A stretch of 64,000 bases of DNA from Octopus vulgaris (GCA_951406725.2 OX597820.1:57784001-57848000), one strand, 5' to 3'. Shown: positions 14,442-27,927, numbered from the stretch's first letter. Made by a program: numbers and translations. Notes: generated from the sequence alone by a model not told the origin.

Positions 14442-14610
14442 GTCTTCCCAGACAAGTAAAATTGATGCGATTAATCTTAAATTTGAATTTCTGCCGACTG
14501 ATGCTGGTAGGGAAATCGTCTTCATTGTGTTTCGAGGTGAAGCAAATGATAAATACAAACATCAAGCGACTCTGAATGGAGGCTGGTGCACGGTTTGCTG
14601 GCCCAGAGAG
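14442..14610 (+). CDS. Candidate internal coding exon of an unidentified gene (SSQTSKIDAINLKFEF..GGWCTVCWPRE)
   Basis: Acceptor TTTCTAATTTTTGCAG with CTAAT branch point, open high-complexity frame, donor GAG|GTACCG; island of unique sequence between microsatellites. Confidence 0.5.
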
Positions 14611-14746
14611 GTACCGTCGCAATATTTGTAGAAGTGACAGTGTATGGACACACATACATATATATGCATAAATACATACAGACAGACACACGAATGCACA
14701 CATATAAGTGGGGATAACTTTTTTTATTTGAGACCTTTTTATTCAC

Positions 14747-14791
<45 letters not shown>

Positions 14792-14849
14792 TTAATGTCT
14801 TCATCTGTAGTAGCTCACCTACCTGTTCTTCTTCAATGCAGACCACTAA

Positions 14850-15275
14850 TGGATTCGAAGCTGCATCAACGTGCCGTCATTGAGATGTTAGCGAAAAAGG
14901 AGAGCATGTCATACAACATCCACTTAGAGATACAAGTCGTTTACTGAGATGAAAAGAAGAAAAGGAAAACAGAATGAAGAGCTCTGTGCATAGATGGACC
15001 TGGTTTAAAGACGTAGAAACCAGCTTTGAGGATAAATCACACCGTAGACCATCAACTGCGACCATCGACAGAAATTGCCAGAGAGGGAATGAGTTGGTTC
15101 GTGCAGGGAGAATGATGGTCAGTAAGTATTTTGTGCCAACAGACTGCGGTCACAATGTATTAGAGAATTTGAGGAAGATTTTAGGTATCGGAAAGTATAT
15201 GCTAAGTGATTACCGTGGTTGCTCATACACAATTTGAAAGAGAAAACGTTAGAAATCTGCTGTGATCAGCTGGAA
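14850..15275 (+). pseudogene. mariner transposase N-terminal fragment
   Basis: SSVHRW..FKD.ETSFEDKS..RPSTA HTH2 pattern, then RKVYAK*LPWLL (degenerate WVPRLL motif). Confidence 0.7.
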
Positions 15276-15396
15276 GCATTTGTTTCATTCATATCGTGTT
15301 CATCATCCTTTAAATCCTAAGATTTCGCAGATTTTTATAGTCCCAGATTTCGTGATCATTCATAGTATATGAATTAAGGAGTTGCATTCACTGTAA

Positions 15397-15441
<45 letters not shown>

Positions 15442-15494
15442 ATAATATAGTATATATTATATTATTATATTATGTTATATTATATTATATTGCT

Positions 15495-15790
15495 AGTCAG
15501 ATTTGAAGTCTCAAGTGTAACCGGCCGAAACTGTAAGGATAATCTGGAAACTTGACTGAGTAGAGAAGGCCACGAATGGCCTGTTCTTGTTTTGTCCTGT
15601 CCGTCCGTCTGTTGTTTTTCTTCTCTGTCTTCGTATCGTCTGTATGTCCAGATGTTTTATTGCCGTCTGTTGCGTTCTTGTTCCATTTTGGGGATTTATA
15701 TATACATATAGCAGCGTACGTACACTTTTGCTCACCTTGTAAGTATATATCTAAATTCTGTACGACTTTGTTACTCCTTCTAGTGCCGCT
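15495..15790 (+). mobile_element. PLE-like terminal repeat, family C
   Basis: GCCGAAA..GGATAATCTGG..TGACTGA..CGAATG..T-rich; homologous to 25570-25692 on the minus strand; abuts (TA)n. Confidence 0.5.
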
Positions 15791-16631
15791 CATACTTTCT
15801 TCTTTCTTTCTTACTTTCTTTTTCTCGCTCCCCCTCTTTCACATTTCTTGGCCTTCTCTTTCTTTGGTCTACCTATTTTCATCGTTTACCTCCCCTGTAC
15901 CTTCTCTATGTCCTTTTGAATTTTCCCATCTTTCTCGTCCTCCCGCTAATTCTTCAATTTCTTTGCTCCCTACCTCTCTCATTTCCTTCAACGTGACCGG
16001 TTTTCAGCCAAGCATGATCTTTCTTCGCTCGACTGCTAGACACGAAGCATCTCTTATTCCTGTCTCCTGCTTTTCATTTCTGATGTTCATCAATGTTCGC
16101 GCCTCAAGGCTTTCACTCCACACACCGCAGCTCAACTTGATTCGCCTCTATTAATCGAAAGGCACCTGTTGTTATTTTCTTGTTGTTTGTATTTGGAACT
16201 GAGCAACATTTTCTCCAATATTTTTTTCCCAAAATCACCGTTGAACCACAAGGCCTGTTTAATCCTTAAGTAGGAGTACAAGTCCACATAATTTCACATA
16301 AGTTCACATAAGTTCACATAATGGCAGGTCAGTGTTATACATACCTAGGGACCAACTCTCTTCCAAGTCCTGTATATATTAGCTACAAAACATTCTTCTG
16401 GTATTTGACACATACATACACACACACACATACACACACACACATATATATGTTACGGAGATGTGTTTGCATAGCAAGTAAATTCATCTGAGATCGTGTG
16501 CTGAAACAAAAACAATTGCAGATTCCACTCGGGAGTATCCATCTATAATCATCTACATGTAGAAATCCCTCATCCCTGTCTCTCATCTACATGTAGAGGT
16601 CCATACATACATGTTGTGATGCATGATACTG

Positions 16632-16678
<47 letters not shown>

Positions 16679-16848
16679 ACTATATATATTCATATGAGTG
16701 TACATAGATTAATATCTATGTACCTATGTGTAGATGTATGTGTGTGTGTATGTGTGAGTATGTATGTCTGTATGAATGTGTATATGCATGTACGTAATTG
16801 CATGTATGTATCTAAGACATTGTATTCTCCGTTAAACTGGTGAAAGAA

Positions 16849-16903
<55 letters not shown>

Positions 16904-17461
16904 AAACATTCGACAGAGTAACAGTTACATATATAACTTGAACAGGCACACATATCAGTACATAAACATACGCAAACACGTCTACACACTAGCATATGTA
17001 AATACTCACATACATAATACATACATACATACATATATACGTACATACATACATACATACACACATACATACATACATACATACATACATGCATACATAC
17101 ATACATACATACATACACACATACATACATAAACGCCATGAACTGCCTGTTACTTTCTCAGATGCAGTACTAAGTTTTGTCAGTGAACAGGTCGGGGCTT
17201 AAAGCGAAAATATTTTGGCACAAATTAAATTTAAATGTTCAAGTGAATCTAACGTTTTTTGTGTGTTCTTAAATGGCTCACAAACAAGTACGCTGCAATT
17301 GTGTGTGTGTGTGTCACAATGTACTCACCGACACATGCCCGCACCCATACCCTTCCTTAATGACCGTTTACACCCGCCGCTTACGTCTTTCACCTTTTGG
17401 TGCTTGCTCAAATTCCCCTTCTCTTTTCATGTGTTTATGTATGTATATGTATATATGTATA

Positions 17462-17512
<51 letters not shown>

Positions 17513-17574
17513 TTTTATACTTTTATTCTTTTATTTGTTTCAGTCATTTGACTGCGGCCTTGCTGGAGCACCAA

Positions 17575-18090
17575 CAAATCGAACCCAGTTTTGGAGCAGG
17601 CCGAGATCCCCAGCATTGGAGCTATGCTAGTGAAGTATCAACTCCGATGGGCAGGGCATGTCTCCAGGATGGAGAACCATCGCCTTCCTAAGATTGCCCT
17701 GTTTGGCGAACTCTCCACCGGCCACCGTGAGAGAGGAGCCCCGAGGAAACACTTCGAAGACTGCCTCAAAACAGTTTCCTACTGCATGTCATGTTGATCA
17801 CCAATGCTGGACAGACCTGGCTGTGGACCGTGATGCCTGGTGCCAAACGATCTTCAACGCGGTCAACGAGTTTGAAGAACATGGAAGAGACGCGCATAAA
17901 GACAAGAGACGCAGGAGGAAGGCCCGAGCTGCCTCTCGCACCACACCGGATGTTATCTTCATCTGTGGACACTGCTCACGGACCTGCCTTTCCTGTATCG
18001 GACTTGTCAGTCATGAGCGTGCCGGCAGACGGCGTGGACAGTCTTCCAAATCTTCGTCCGCGAAGCCAATCCATGATGATGATGATGATA
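17575..18090 (+). mobile_element. RTE-clade LINE, 5'-truncated 3' end
   Basis: QLRWAGHVSRM..RLPK..LFGEL..G.R.RG.PRK.F.D.LK, DRDAW, terminal C..C...C.S.IGL.SH.R finger and (GAT)n tail; one frameshift; GC-rich relative to flanks. Confidence 0.9.
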
Positions 18091-18543
18091 ATATGTGTCT
18101 GTGTGTGTATGTACACACACACACACACATACACACACACACACACACGTACACACATACAAGCAAGCAAGCAAACGAACATACATATACACATAGTTGC
18201 ACCAGAATGTGATTAGTTGAACTTGATGAGTCTTACGTCTGCAGATCTGAAAATCGCTGATTGAAAACGGTTTCTAATGTTGATCTTCTGGAGCTAGACG
18301 TTTTTTTTTTTTATATGGAGAAGGCCAAATTTGATGCCTGGCTTTGCCTCTGAATTTGCGTGCAGTAAGAAATAGTTTACCGGGCTAGTTCATTAGCAAA
18401 GAATGTCGCTTACACGCGCGCGCGCGCGCACACACACACACACACTAACACTCACACACCCGCACCCGCACATACACAATATATTTATGTATGCGTGCGT
18501 GCATATGCGTACTTATGCATATATATATATATATATATATATG

Positions 18544-18627
<84 letters not shown>

Positions 18628-19646
18628 GTATATATATGTATGTATGTATATATATATATATATATATATGCATATATATATGCATGCATATTCATTGATG
18701 CATATGTATGTGCATATTATATACAGATATACATACAATATGCAAAATATCTAATACATACATGCATATATAAATGCATATATATGCATATATATAAATG
18801 CATATATATGCATATATATAAATGCATACATATGCATATATATATATGGGTGTGTGTGTGTGTATGTGTGTGTATATGTGTGTGTTGGTGGGTGGGTGTT
18901 TGTGGGTGTGTATACGTGTATATGTAGTTATTCATTTAATTATTGTTTGAAATCTAGGCCAGAGGTCAGAACTCAGACTAAATTATATTAGCAATCGCTT
19001 GAAGTCAAACTTTCGAACTTCTAGTTCCCACGTTCAATCAAAACTGCTATACGTCTGACTACTTCTCTCTCTCTCCCTCTCCCCCCTCTCTCCCCCTCCT
19101 CTCCCTCTCCCTTTCCCTTTTTTCCTCTCTCTCGCCCTCTCTCATATCTATCTTCCTCTTATTCTCTATTTCTTTCAGTTCTCTTTTAAATACGCTCTCA
19201 CATGCTTCTGCATTTGTTTCTATATACGTTTGTGTGTGTGTGTGCATATGCGTCGTCTGTGTGCTCTTAATGCTTATGCATTTAAGTGTATAGGTGCATA
19301 TGTATACAAGTAAGTGTGCATTTTACATGTGCGTTTGTGTCTGTCTGTATATATATGTGTGTGTGTGTGTATGCAAGCGTGTGAAGTTAAATTAATCACT
19401 ATATTTTGATCGTAAATCAAATCTAAAATGACACTTGTTATCGTTAAGCCCCAGGGCAAATCAGATTGAGCTGACGTATGATCAAAAGCGTTCCAGCCAC
19501 GACAAGGACACATTAATGTACTAGTACATTATCAAATGTGTTCTTGTCTTATTTAAGAAAGTAGGGTGAGATTTGTAGGAAATTTAGCTGCAACTGCATA
19601 TCCCTAACTAGTTGGGAGCTTTTTGTTAAAGAGGAAGCGAGAAGTT

Positions 19647-20047
19647 AGGAGTGGCTGTGTGGTAAGTACCTTGCTTACCAACCACATGGTTCCGGGTTCA
19701 GTCCCACTGCGTGATACCTTGAGCAAGTGTCTTCTCCTATAGCCTCGGGCTGACCAAAGCCTTGTGAGTGGATTTGGTAGACGGAAACTGAAAGAAGCCC
19801 GTCGTATATATGTATAAGTATATATATGTGTGTGAGTTTGTGTGTCTGTGTTTGTCCTCCAACATCGCTTGACAAGCGATGTTGGTGTGTTTACGTCCCC
19901 GTAACTTAGCGGTTCGGCAAAATAGACCGATAGAATAAGTACTAGGCTTACAAAGAATAAGTCCTGGCGTCGATTTGCTCGACTAAAGGCGGTGCTGCAG
20001 CATGGCCGCAGTCAAAATGGCTGAAACAAGTAAAAGAGTAAAAGAGA
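19647..20047 (+). mobile_element. SINE family A
   Basis: Near full-length copy with GAGTAAAAGAG tail. Confidence 0.9.
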
Positions 20048-20917
20048 CTACCTACTTCTGATATGACTATTATTTCTTAGTACTGAAAATTGTTAGGCTT
20101 TCGTAGTTTCTGTCCCCCCCACCCAAAAAAAAGGCCTCGCACAAAGGGCCTATCGTATAGTCTGAAGTACATCTTGTTCATATTTCCAAACTGGTTTACA
20201 CCCGCACAAGTCACGAGGGACACCTGATCTGCAAGGAAATCCCCTAGAAAAGCAATCAAGTCCTGGAAGTCGAGTCAGGTGGAATTTGAATCAGACCCTA
20301 AAAGTACGACGAAAGGAAAAGAAAAAAAAGAAAACAAAAATACAGTTAAACAATCAAACTAACGCTCTAAAGTCATTCCACCACCATAAAACTAACAGCA
20401 CTTGTTTTTTTTAATTTATATTTATTATTTTGTTTTAATCAGCACACAAGTATAGGTTCTTTAGATGGTGCACCAGAATGAAAATTCCTCTAATAATATC
20501 ATGAACGTTTCCCGTACAAGAGCTGTATATCAATTACAGACGAATTCATTCGAAAGTAATGTAGCCGCAGATATTCAATATGTTAAAGAATTAATCACAA
20601 CAATATTTCCGACATTTTATTGAAAGTTCTCCATGTGTTTGTCATCAGGCAAACACATGAATCCACAAAATTTCTGTCGGTAATTTTCAGTAATGAGCGA
20701 AAGTCAATCTGAAACAGTAGTAATTTTCTTTCCACATTTATTAAATTTATTTATTAATTATATTAATTAATTTCAAATAAAAGCAAAAAAAATATAGAAA
20801 ATGAGCTAAATTGGCTTAGAAAGTGAAAAAAACATTAAGGAAAAGAAACTTAAAACCACTTTTTTTTGTGTCTATTTTGATTTGTTTTTGTCGTGTTCGT
20901 AATTATAACCGTTGCAG

Positions 20918-20992
20918 AAAATGAGTCAACGTGGTACCGCGTTCGTCGGGGTTGTGGAGACGAAGGGCATAACGTTTCGGTTGTTTTGCTAG
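20918..20992 (+). CDS. Candidate terminal coding exon (KMSQRGTAFVGVVETKGITFRLFC*)
   Basis: Pyrimidine-rich tract plus TTGCAG acceptor; phase 0 matches the end phase of exon 14442-14610; CpG-rich unique sequence. Confidence 0.35.
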   Translation, partial: KMSQRGTAFVGVVETKGITFRLFC

Positions 20993-21253
20993 TACATATG
21001 TGAGGAGTTCGAATCAAATGAAGAACTCCAGAATTTTACATGTTCTAATGCTATTGTTTAGAAGTAGGTTCTCCAGTCGTGTTTGGAAAAGATACCTATG
21101 GTAACCTTGCATCCTATCTACAAAGTTAGGTTTTTATTATTATTATTATTATTATTCGGTAATCCCCTGAGTATATGAAACAAGGACAATGAAACATTCA
21201 TATGTACTGACCATATGTGTGTGTATGCATGTATTTATTTGTATGTATGTAAG

Positions 21254-21300
<47 letters not shown>

Positions 21301-21357
21301 GTATGAATGTCCTATGTGTATGTAGACATAAACGACAACAACAACAACAACAACAAC

Positions 21358-21405
<48 letters not shown>

Positions 21406-21728
21406 CTTTTCTGCTCTGAGATTTCGGGGGAGGGGGTGAGTCGATTAGCTCGATCTCAGGACGCAACTGGTACTTAATTTATTGATCCCGAAAGTCGACG
21501 AGATTGTGTGCCAGATAAACCATCAAAGCATTCCCTTTTTACTTGTCAAGCGCAGAGCACATATTTTCCTCTATTCACGTACAAGACAATATTTTTATGT
21601 CTTAAGCAAAGTATGTATAAAAGACATGTAAGACAGTAAGTTGGCCACTGTTGACAAAATTATTGTGTTAATCAAGATTAATATCGTTTTTTTTTTTATT
21701 TGTATAACCTTTTTTTAAGGAGTGACAT

Positions 21729-22922
21729 ACGAGGTATAGTCAAAAAGTATCCGACCTTTGGCCAAAAAAATAATATTAAAAAATTTTGATTTGACAGAAT
21801 TTGATACAGTATCATTGCTCAATGCGCTCGGTCATTGCCTCAAAAAGAAAATCGCACAGCACACTCTTCACGTCTGTACTCAACGTATCACTGCGACCTC
21901 CTTCAAAGTATTCGCCTTGGCAGTCTACACACTTCTGCTAGCGTTCATGCCACTGCTGGAAACATTTCTGGAAATCACTTTTTGGGATGCTGTAGAGCTG
22001 TGCATTCGAATTTATGCTTAATGTCCTCTGTTGACTCAAATCTTTTTCCTTTGAGTGCCTTTTTTTGAGCTTTGGGAATAGCCAAAAGTCACACAGAGCC
22101 AAGTCTGGGGAGTAGGAAGCCCGACGAACAGGTGGTGTGTTTTGCTTGACGAGGAATGCTTGGACCACGTGGGCGGAATGAGCGGGTGCGTTGTCATGGT
22201 GGAGTTGCCAGTTCTTTGCTGCCTACAGGTCGGGTCGTTTTCGTCACACAGCTTCATGCAGACAACGAAGAACTCCCAGGTAGTATTATTTGTTAATTGT
22301 CTGACCTTGTGGTGCATATTTATGGCTCACTGTCCGGCGAGCTGGCAGAAACGTTAGCACGCCGGGCGAAATGCGTAGCTGTATTTCGTCTGCCGCTACG
22401 TTCTGATTTCAAATTCCGCCAAGGTCGACTTTGCCTTCCATCCTTTCGGGGTCGATAAATTAAGTACCAGTTGAGTACTGGGGTCTATGTAATCCACTAT
22501 CCACCACCCCGCAATTTCAGTCCTTGTACCTATAGTAGAAAGGCTCACTGTCCCCTGAGGTGCGGCCATCTTTGAACCGGTTGTACCACTCCTTTATTTA
22601 TGTTTTCCCATTGTATCATCTCCAAAGGCCTTCTGAATCTTCTCGAGAATCTAGGCTTGCGTATCACCAAGTTTTTGACAGAATTTGATACAGTATCATT
22701 GCTCAATGCGCTCGGTCATTGCCTCAAAAAGAAAATCGCACAGCACACTCTTCACGTCTGTACTCAACGTATCACTGCGACCGGATGGCGCAACCTACAG
22801 ACACGAAAATTTTTGCGCATGCTTGGGAAGGACGTAGCCACTTCATACTCATGCGGATTTTGCGCATACATTATTTTGCGCAAATAAAACCAAGGTCGTA
22901 TACCTTATGATTACACCTCGTA
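21729..22922 (-). mobile_element. Internally deleted mariner transposon with nested SINE
   Basis: TIRs TACGAGGTATAGTCAAAAAGTATCCGACCTT / AAGGTCGTATACCTTATGATTACACCTCGTA. Minus strand gives MTERIEQ*YCIKFC..EWYNRFKDGRTS and HHDNAPAH..YSPDLALCDFWLFPKLK. Confidence 0.92.
22336..22541 (+). mobile_element. SINE family B with 12-bp TSD
   Basis: TSD GGCTCACTGTCC at 22324-22335 and 22542-22553. Confidence 0.9.
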
Positions 22923-23033
22923 TTAGTGATGAAATAAATAAACTAAGGACTGATGAATTTGATATATGCTACAGTTAGCATCTTTTAACTTCCAGATATA
23001 TTTGTAGAGTGGTGTGGTGTATCTCTGAGTCTC

Positions 23034-23064
<31 letters not shown>

Positions 23065-23781
23065 CTTGCGAGAACTATGTTTTAAAATATTTTGTAATTA
23101 CTGTATAGATTATTCTTTCATTGCTATTTGCACTGTCATTAACTTGATAAACTAACGCTTAGAAAGACATATGCAATAAAAAGGCAGATATCAGATATAA
23201 TTTACAGAGAGGAGAAGACTTTTGCGTGTTTATATTTCTACTATAAGATCAAAATAGATATAAATCTACGAACAGTTGATTTCTTAGAAACCACTCTAGA
23301 TTTAGATACTGATAAATTATAGGAACCTTAACGAATGTTGTTGCATGTATACATACATACATACACAGACAGATACATACATACATGCATAAATACGTAT
23401 GTACATACACACACATACATACATACATACATACATACATACATACATACATACATACATACATACATACATACATACATACACACATGCATATATATGT
23501 ACTCGCACACTACAAATACAATTTGTGCGTGCAACAATGAAATTATACAAGACTTTCCTCAAGTTTAAAACGTGAAATTGCTTTTGTTATCTGCATTCTA
23601 ATGATGGAGCTTTGTACCTTTGTACATGAATACATACATACATACATACATACATACATACATTTACAAACACACACACACATATATATATATATATGTA
23701 GTTTTTTCACTTTTTACTATTTTCTATATATTCAACCACGTGCTTTCACACATCAACTTTCTCACCTATATATATATATAC

Positions 23782-23844
<63 letters not shown>

Positions 23845-23854
23845 TATGTATATA

Positions 23855-23995
23855 CATCCTGACCATTTCTAAATAATCATTAAGAACTTAGTTAATAGGA
23901 TTAGCAAGCTCATACCCAAATAATCCTCTAAGGAGGAATTCCCTCATTATATTGCTTATTATTACAATGTGACATTAAAAGACTGTGGTACCTTT
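23855..23995 (+). pseudogene. Second PLE RT thumb fragment, highly decayed
   Basis: IIKNLVNRISK..SSKEEF..YYNVTLKDCG parallels the thumb region at 5010-5140. Confidence 0.4.
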
Positions 23996-24439
23996 GAATG
24001 AAAAACTTCGCAAATATTAAGACGAAAAACATTCGAAACGAAATATTATATAATATGATCTTTATAATTTAGTTTTTCTTTGCAGTGATGCAGGATTATT
24101 CTAAACCTTAAAAATATACGTCCTTCATAGACTTTAGATACAAAATATTTATTTAAAAGTTTCTTGTGAGAGTACTCCAGGACTAATAATTCTAGTGTAT
24201 CCATGGCCATCCTAAGCAGGAAAAGAATTCCAGTACAAATATGTAGAAACTGTATATACACAGGCACTCAGAAAGACACCTCACCTCTTTACTCTCTGCA
24301 TACGAGAGCTATACCGAAAATAATGCAAAAAATGGTTATAACTTTTTCATGAGTTGATATAGGTTTTTCAAACTACAACATGGTAGAATAACTCCTACTT
24401 TATCGTAATCTTTCTTCTTGTTCTTTATTTCAAACAAAT

Positions 24440-25390
24440 AATGGCTTCCATCCAGAAACAATATACCTTCATTATCTTTGACAAAGGAAGGATATCCAAC
24501 ATTTACACGAGGCCAGAGGTCGTTTGTGGGAATGGCAATATTAACATGAGTAAAGTGCGCAGATCTACGAGGGGTGCTGAAAAATTCCTGGCTTTAAAGG
24601 TATCGCGAAAGGCCTGGCTGGAGGCCCAACATTCTGAGTTCTTTTACAGGGTTTAGGAAAACTGAGGGACCGCTGCAATAAGTGTGTGAATCTGAGAAGG
24701 GACTATGTTGAATAAAATCATAATTAACTGATCCTCCTTTATTTTTCTTTTACCCAAAGCCAGGAACTTTTCGGCATTCCTTCGTACGAAGAAGTTTCCA
24801 TAAGGAGAGAGCAGCATTGAAAAAAAACCATGCTGTAGAAGACCATTAACTACGACCGTGGACGCGGATCACCAGCAAGTGAGCAAATTGATTTACGAAG
24901 ACAGACAAGTTAAAATCTGTGAGATGACTGCATAATTGGATTGTGATCTCAAAGTGTTACCGAAGACGGTGGAAGACTTTAGCCATTGCAAAAGTGCGCG
25001 AAAAGTGGGCACCATGGCAGTTAACAGAGAGATTTTAAGGAGAGAGAGTAAAAGCGTGTTCTGATATGCTGCAAGCATTCTTCCGATTTACTAACAGGAG
25101 AAGAAACGAATTATAAGTTTATGAACAAAAATACACTTCTCCGAGAACCAGCAATCAGCATGAAAAGTCATGATGACAAAATGTCATAGTAGCTGTCTGA
25201 GAGATAACAAGGATCTCATTCATGAATTTCTGAGACATAATTGTACCATGAACAGCGAATAGTTCACTGAGATACTCGAAAGACTTAGAAAAGCCATGAG
25301 GAAGAAAAGACTGAACAAGTATCTGAAAACAATCCACGTTTACCATAACAATGAGCACACACATCTTTAGTAAAAAATTAGACAATCCAT
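24440..25390 (+). pseudogene. Highly degenerate mariner transposase relic interrupted by a MITE
   Basis: KV..KWAPWQLT (WVPxxLT-like) near 24990; HNN..TH-like near 25345; many stops. Confidence 0.45.
24566..24786. mobile_element. mariner-derived MITE
   Basis: TIR TACGAGGGGTGCTGAAAAATTCCTGGCTTT / AAAGCCAGGAACTTTTCGGCATTCCTTCGTA with TA ends; sibling copies at 28336 and 38965. Confidence 0.88.
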
Positions 25391-25569
25391 CCATTCATGC
25401 ACACACACACACACATACACATAATACATACATACATACATACATAATAAAACTATGGCTATCACTCGCAAAAGGTATGATTTTGTAGCATGTACTACGC
25501 TTTCATTATTTTTGGGCTCTTATAAAGAATGACAACAGAGTATATATATATATATAGGTATAAAAATTA

Positions 25570-25692
25570 TATATAAAGAAACAAGAACGTGAAATACACA
25601 AAGGGACGAACACAGAAAACAGACGGGTCATTCGAAGCCTTTAATCTTCAGTCAGAAACCGGATCATCATAGCAAATTTCGGCTGATTATAT
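25570..25692 (-). mobile_element. PLE-like terminal repeat family C, partial
   Basis: Minus strand GCCGAAATTTGC..GATGATCCGG..TGACTGAAG..CGAATGACCC; similar to 15524-15620. Confidence 0.45.
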
Positions 25693-25896
25693 ATAGGTCG
25701 AATTTAAAGTTAAAGAATTAAGGTTTAGAAAGTAGGCAAGTAGGCGTTAAATGCAGTGTCCAAATCTTCTTTCAAGATAAGTCCCAGGTAGTGTGTCTGC
25801 GGAGCACGTTCACCACTTATGGCCATCAGGCGTCATCAGCGATACTTTGCATTCATCGTTGGATCTATGTTCAGAAATTCCAGGGTACACGTAGGG

Positions 25897-25982
25897 TATA
25901 TTTTAAAGATTAAAGGAAAAGAGGAGTATAACAAAAATGCTTTTTGTTGTACTCTGTCTTCTCCATTGATCTTTAAAATATA
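25897..25982. repeat. Foldback palindrome (MITE-like)
   Basis: About 41-bp imperfect arms TATATTTTAAAGAT..ACAAAAA with a 3-nt loop. Confidence 0.8.
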
Positions 25983-26547
25983 CATATACATACATACATA
26001 CATACATGCAAACACACACATATATACATACACATATATACACACACAAACACATATAAACAGACATACATACACGCATACGCGCGTACACATATAATAA
26101 TTATTTATGCAATGAAATTTAAATATTACAAAAGCCTCACTGTGGATTAAATAAAAAATGTAAATACATTCTTTCTATATTGTTGTGCAGCAAAAATAGA
26201 AAGCGATATAATTAATCACCAGTAAAATTACTTTTGATTGTTTCCCCCGGAATGAAAGTTTACAATGAATTGTTAAATGTTCTCGCTTAAATTAATGAAT
26301 CAAAATTTCCTGATTGACCGTGTCACGGTTTGATGCTAGTTTCTCAGAGAAACTTACTCCAAAGCAAAGAGTTTTCAGTATATATATATATATATATATG
26401 TCAATCTAATCTAGGGGTGTAAAAATGTCTACCAATGTCGGATTATTGATGCTCGGCCAGTTTGCGCACTTTAATGGCTGTCTTTTTGTGTCTCCGATTC
26501 TCGGTCTTTTGCCTACTTCTGTCTATGAATGGTAGTCTATGTTAGTA

Positions 26548-26583
<36 letters not shown>

Positions 26584-26780
26584 GGAAAATAGGGATGAAA
26601 GCATCCAATCTTTCTTTGGCTCCCCTGTTTAATACCCAATTTAGTAGAGAAAAACTTAACAATTCACATGGGCACATATTAAATTTATAAAAATGAAAAG
26701 AAAACGGAGATATACAATTGTCAATTCAAAAAATAAAGTTTATTATCATAATATATTATGTTATGTTCTTATAATAATAT

Positions 26781-27092
26781 GATCATCATGTGATCATGTG
26801 ACCGACCAGGCTATCAGATGTTGCTACACATCGCTGGTCACAATACGCTTCGCATTGTTTTAGCCTTCAAATGACGCCACCCCGCTGGCTAAGCGAGCAG
26901 GCCAACAGAAGAAAGAGTGAGAGAAAGTTGCGGCGAAAGAGTACATCAGGGATCGCCACCATCCCCTGCCGGAGCCCCGTGGAGCTTTAGGTGTTTTCGC
27001 TCAATAAACACTCACAACGCTCGGTCTAGGAATCAAAACCGCGAACCTACGACCGCGAGTCACTGCCCTAGCCACTGGGCCATTGCGCCTCC
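26781..27092 (-). mobile_element. tRNA-derived SINE family C, tail type 1
   Basis: Minus strand GGAGGCGCAATGGCCCAGTGGCTAGGGC.. head; ends in (CACATGAT)-like repeats. Confidence 0.85.
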
Positions 27093-27096
27093 ACTT

Positions 27097-27335
27097 AACG
27101 TAAAGACAGACGAAATACCTATTTCTTTACAACTCACAAGGGGCTAAACACAAAGGGGACAAACAAAGACAGACAAACGGATTAAGTCGATTATATCGAC
27201 TCCAATACGAAACTGGTACTTAATTTCGACCCCGAAAGGATGAAAGGCAAAGTCGACCTCGGCGGAATTTGAACTCAGAACTTATTGACAGACGAAATAC
27301 CTATTTCTTTACTACCCACAAGGAGCTAAACACAG
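27097..27335 (-). mobile_element. SINE family B concatemer (182-bp unit)
   Basis: GACGAAATACC|TATTTCTTTA junction at 27119 and 27301. Confidence 0.85.
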
Positions 27336-27360
27336 ATAATACATGATAAATCTTGAATTT

Positions 27361-27432
27361 AAATCCCATACAATTGTTTCCATTCTTATCCATGTTATTA
27401 TGGGTAAGAATCGAAACAATTGTATGTAATTT
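27361..27432. repeat. Foldback palindrome
   Basis: CATACAATTGTTTCCATTCTTATCCAT / ATGGGTAAGAATCGAAACAATTGTATG with a 6-nt loop. Confidence 0.8.
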
Positions 27433-27558
27433 GTATTTAATAGTTATTATTTAATATATCATACCATATTATTATAAGAATATAACATAATATAATATTA
27501 TCTTAATAAATTTGAACTTTTGAATTGACAATCGTATATCTCCATTTTCTTTTCATAT

Positions 27559-27927
<369 letters not shown>

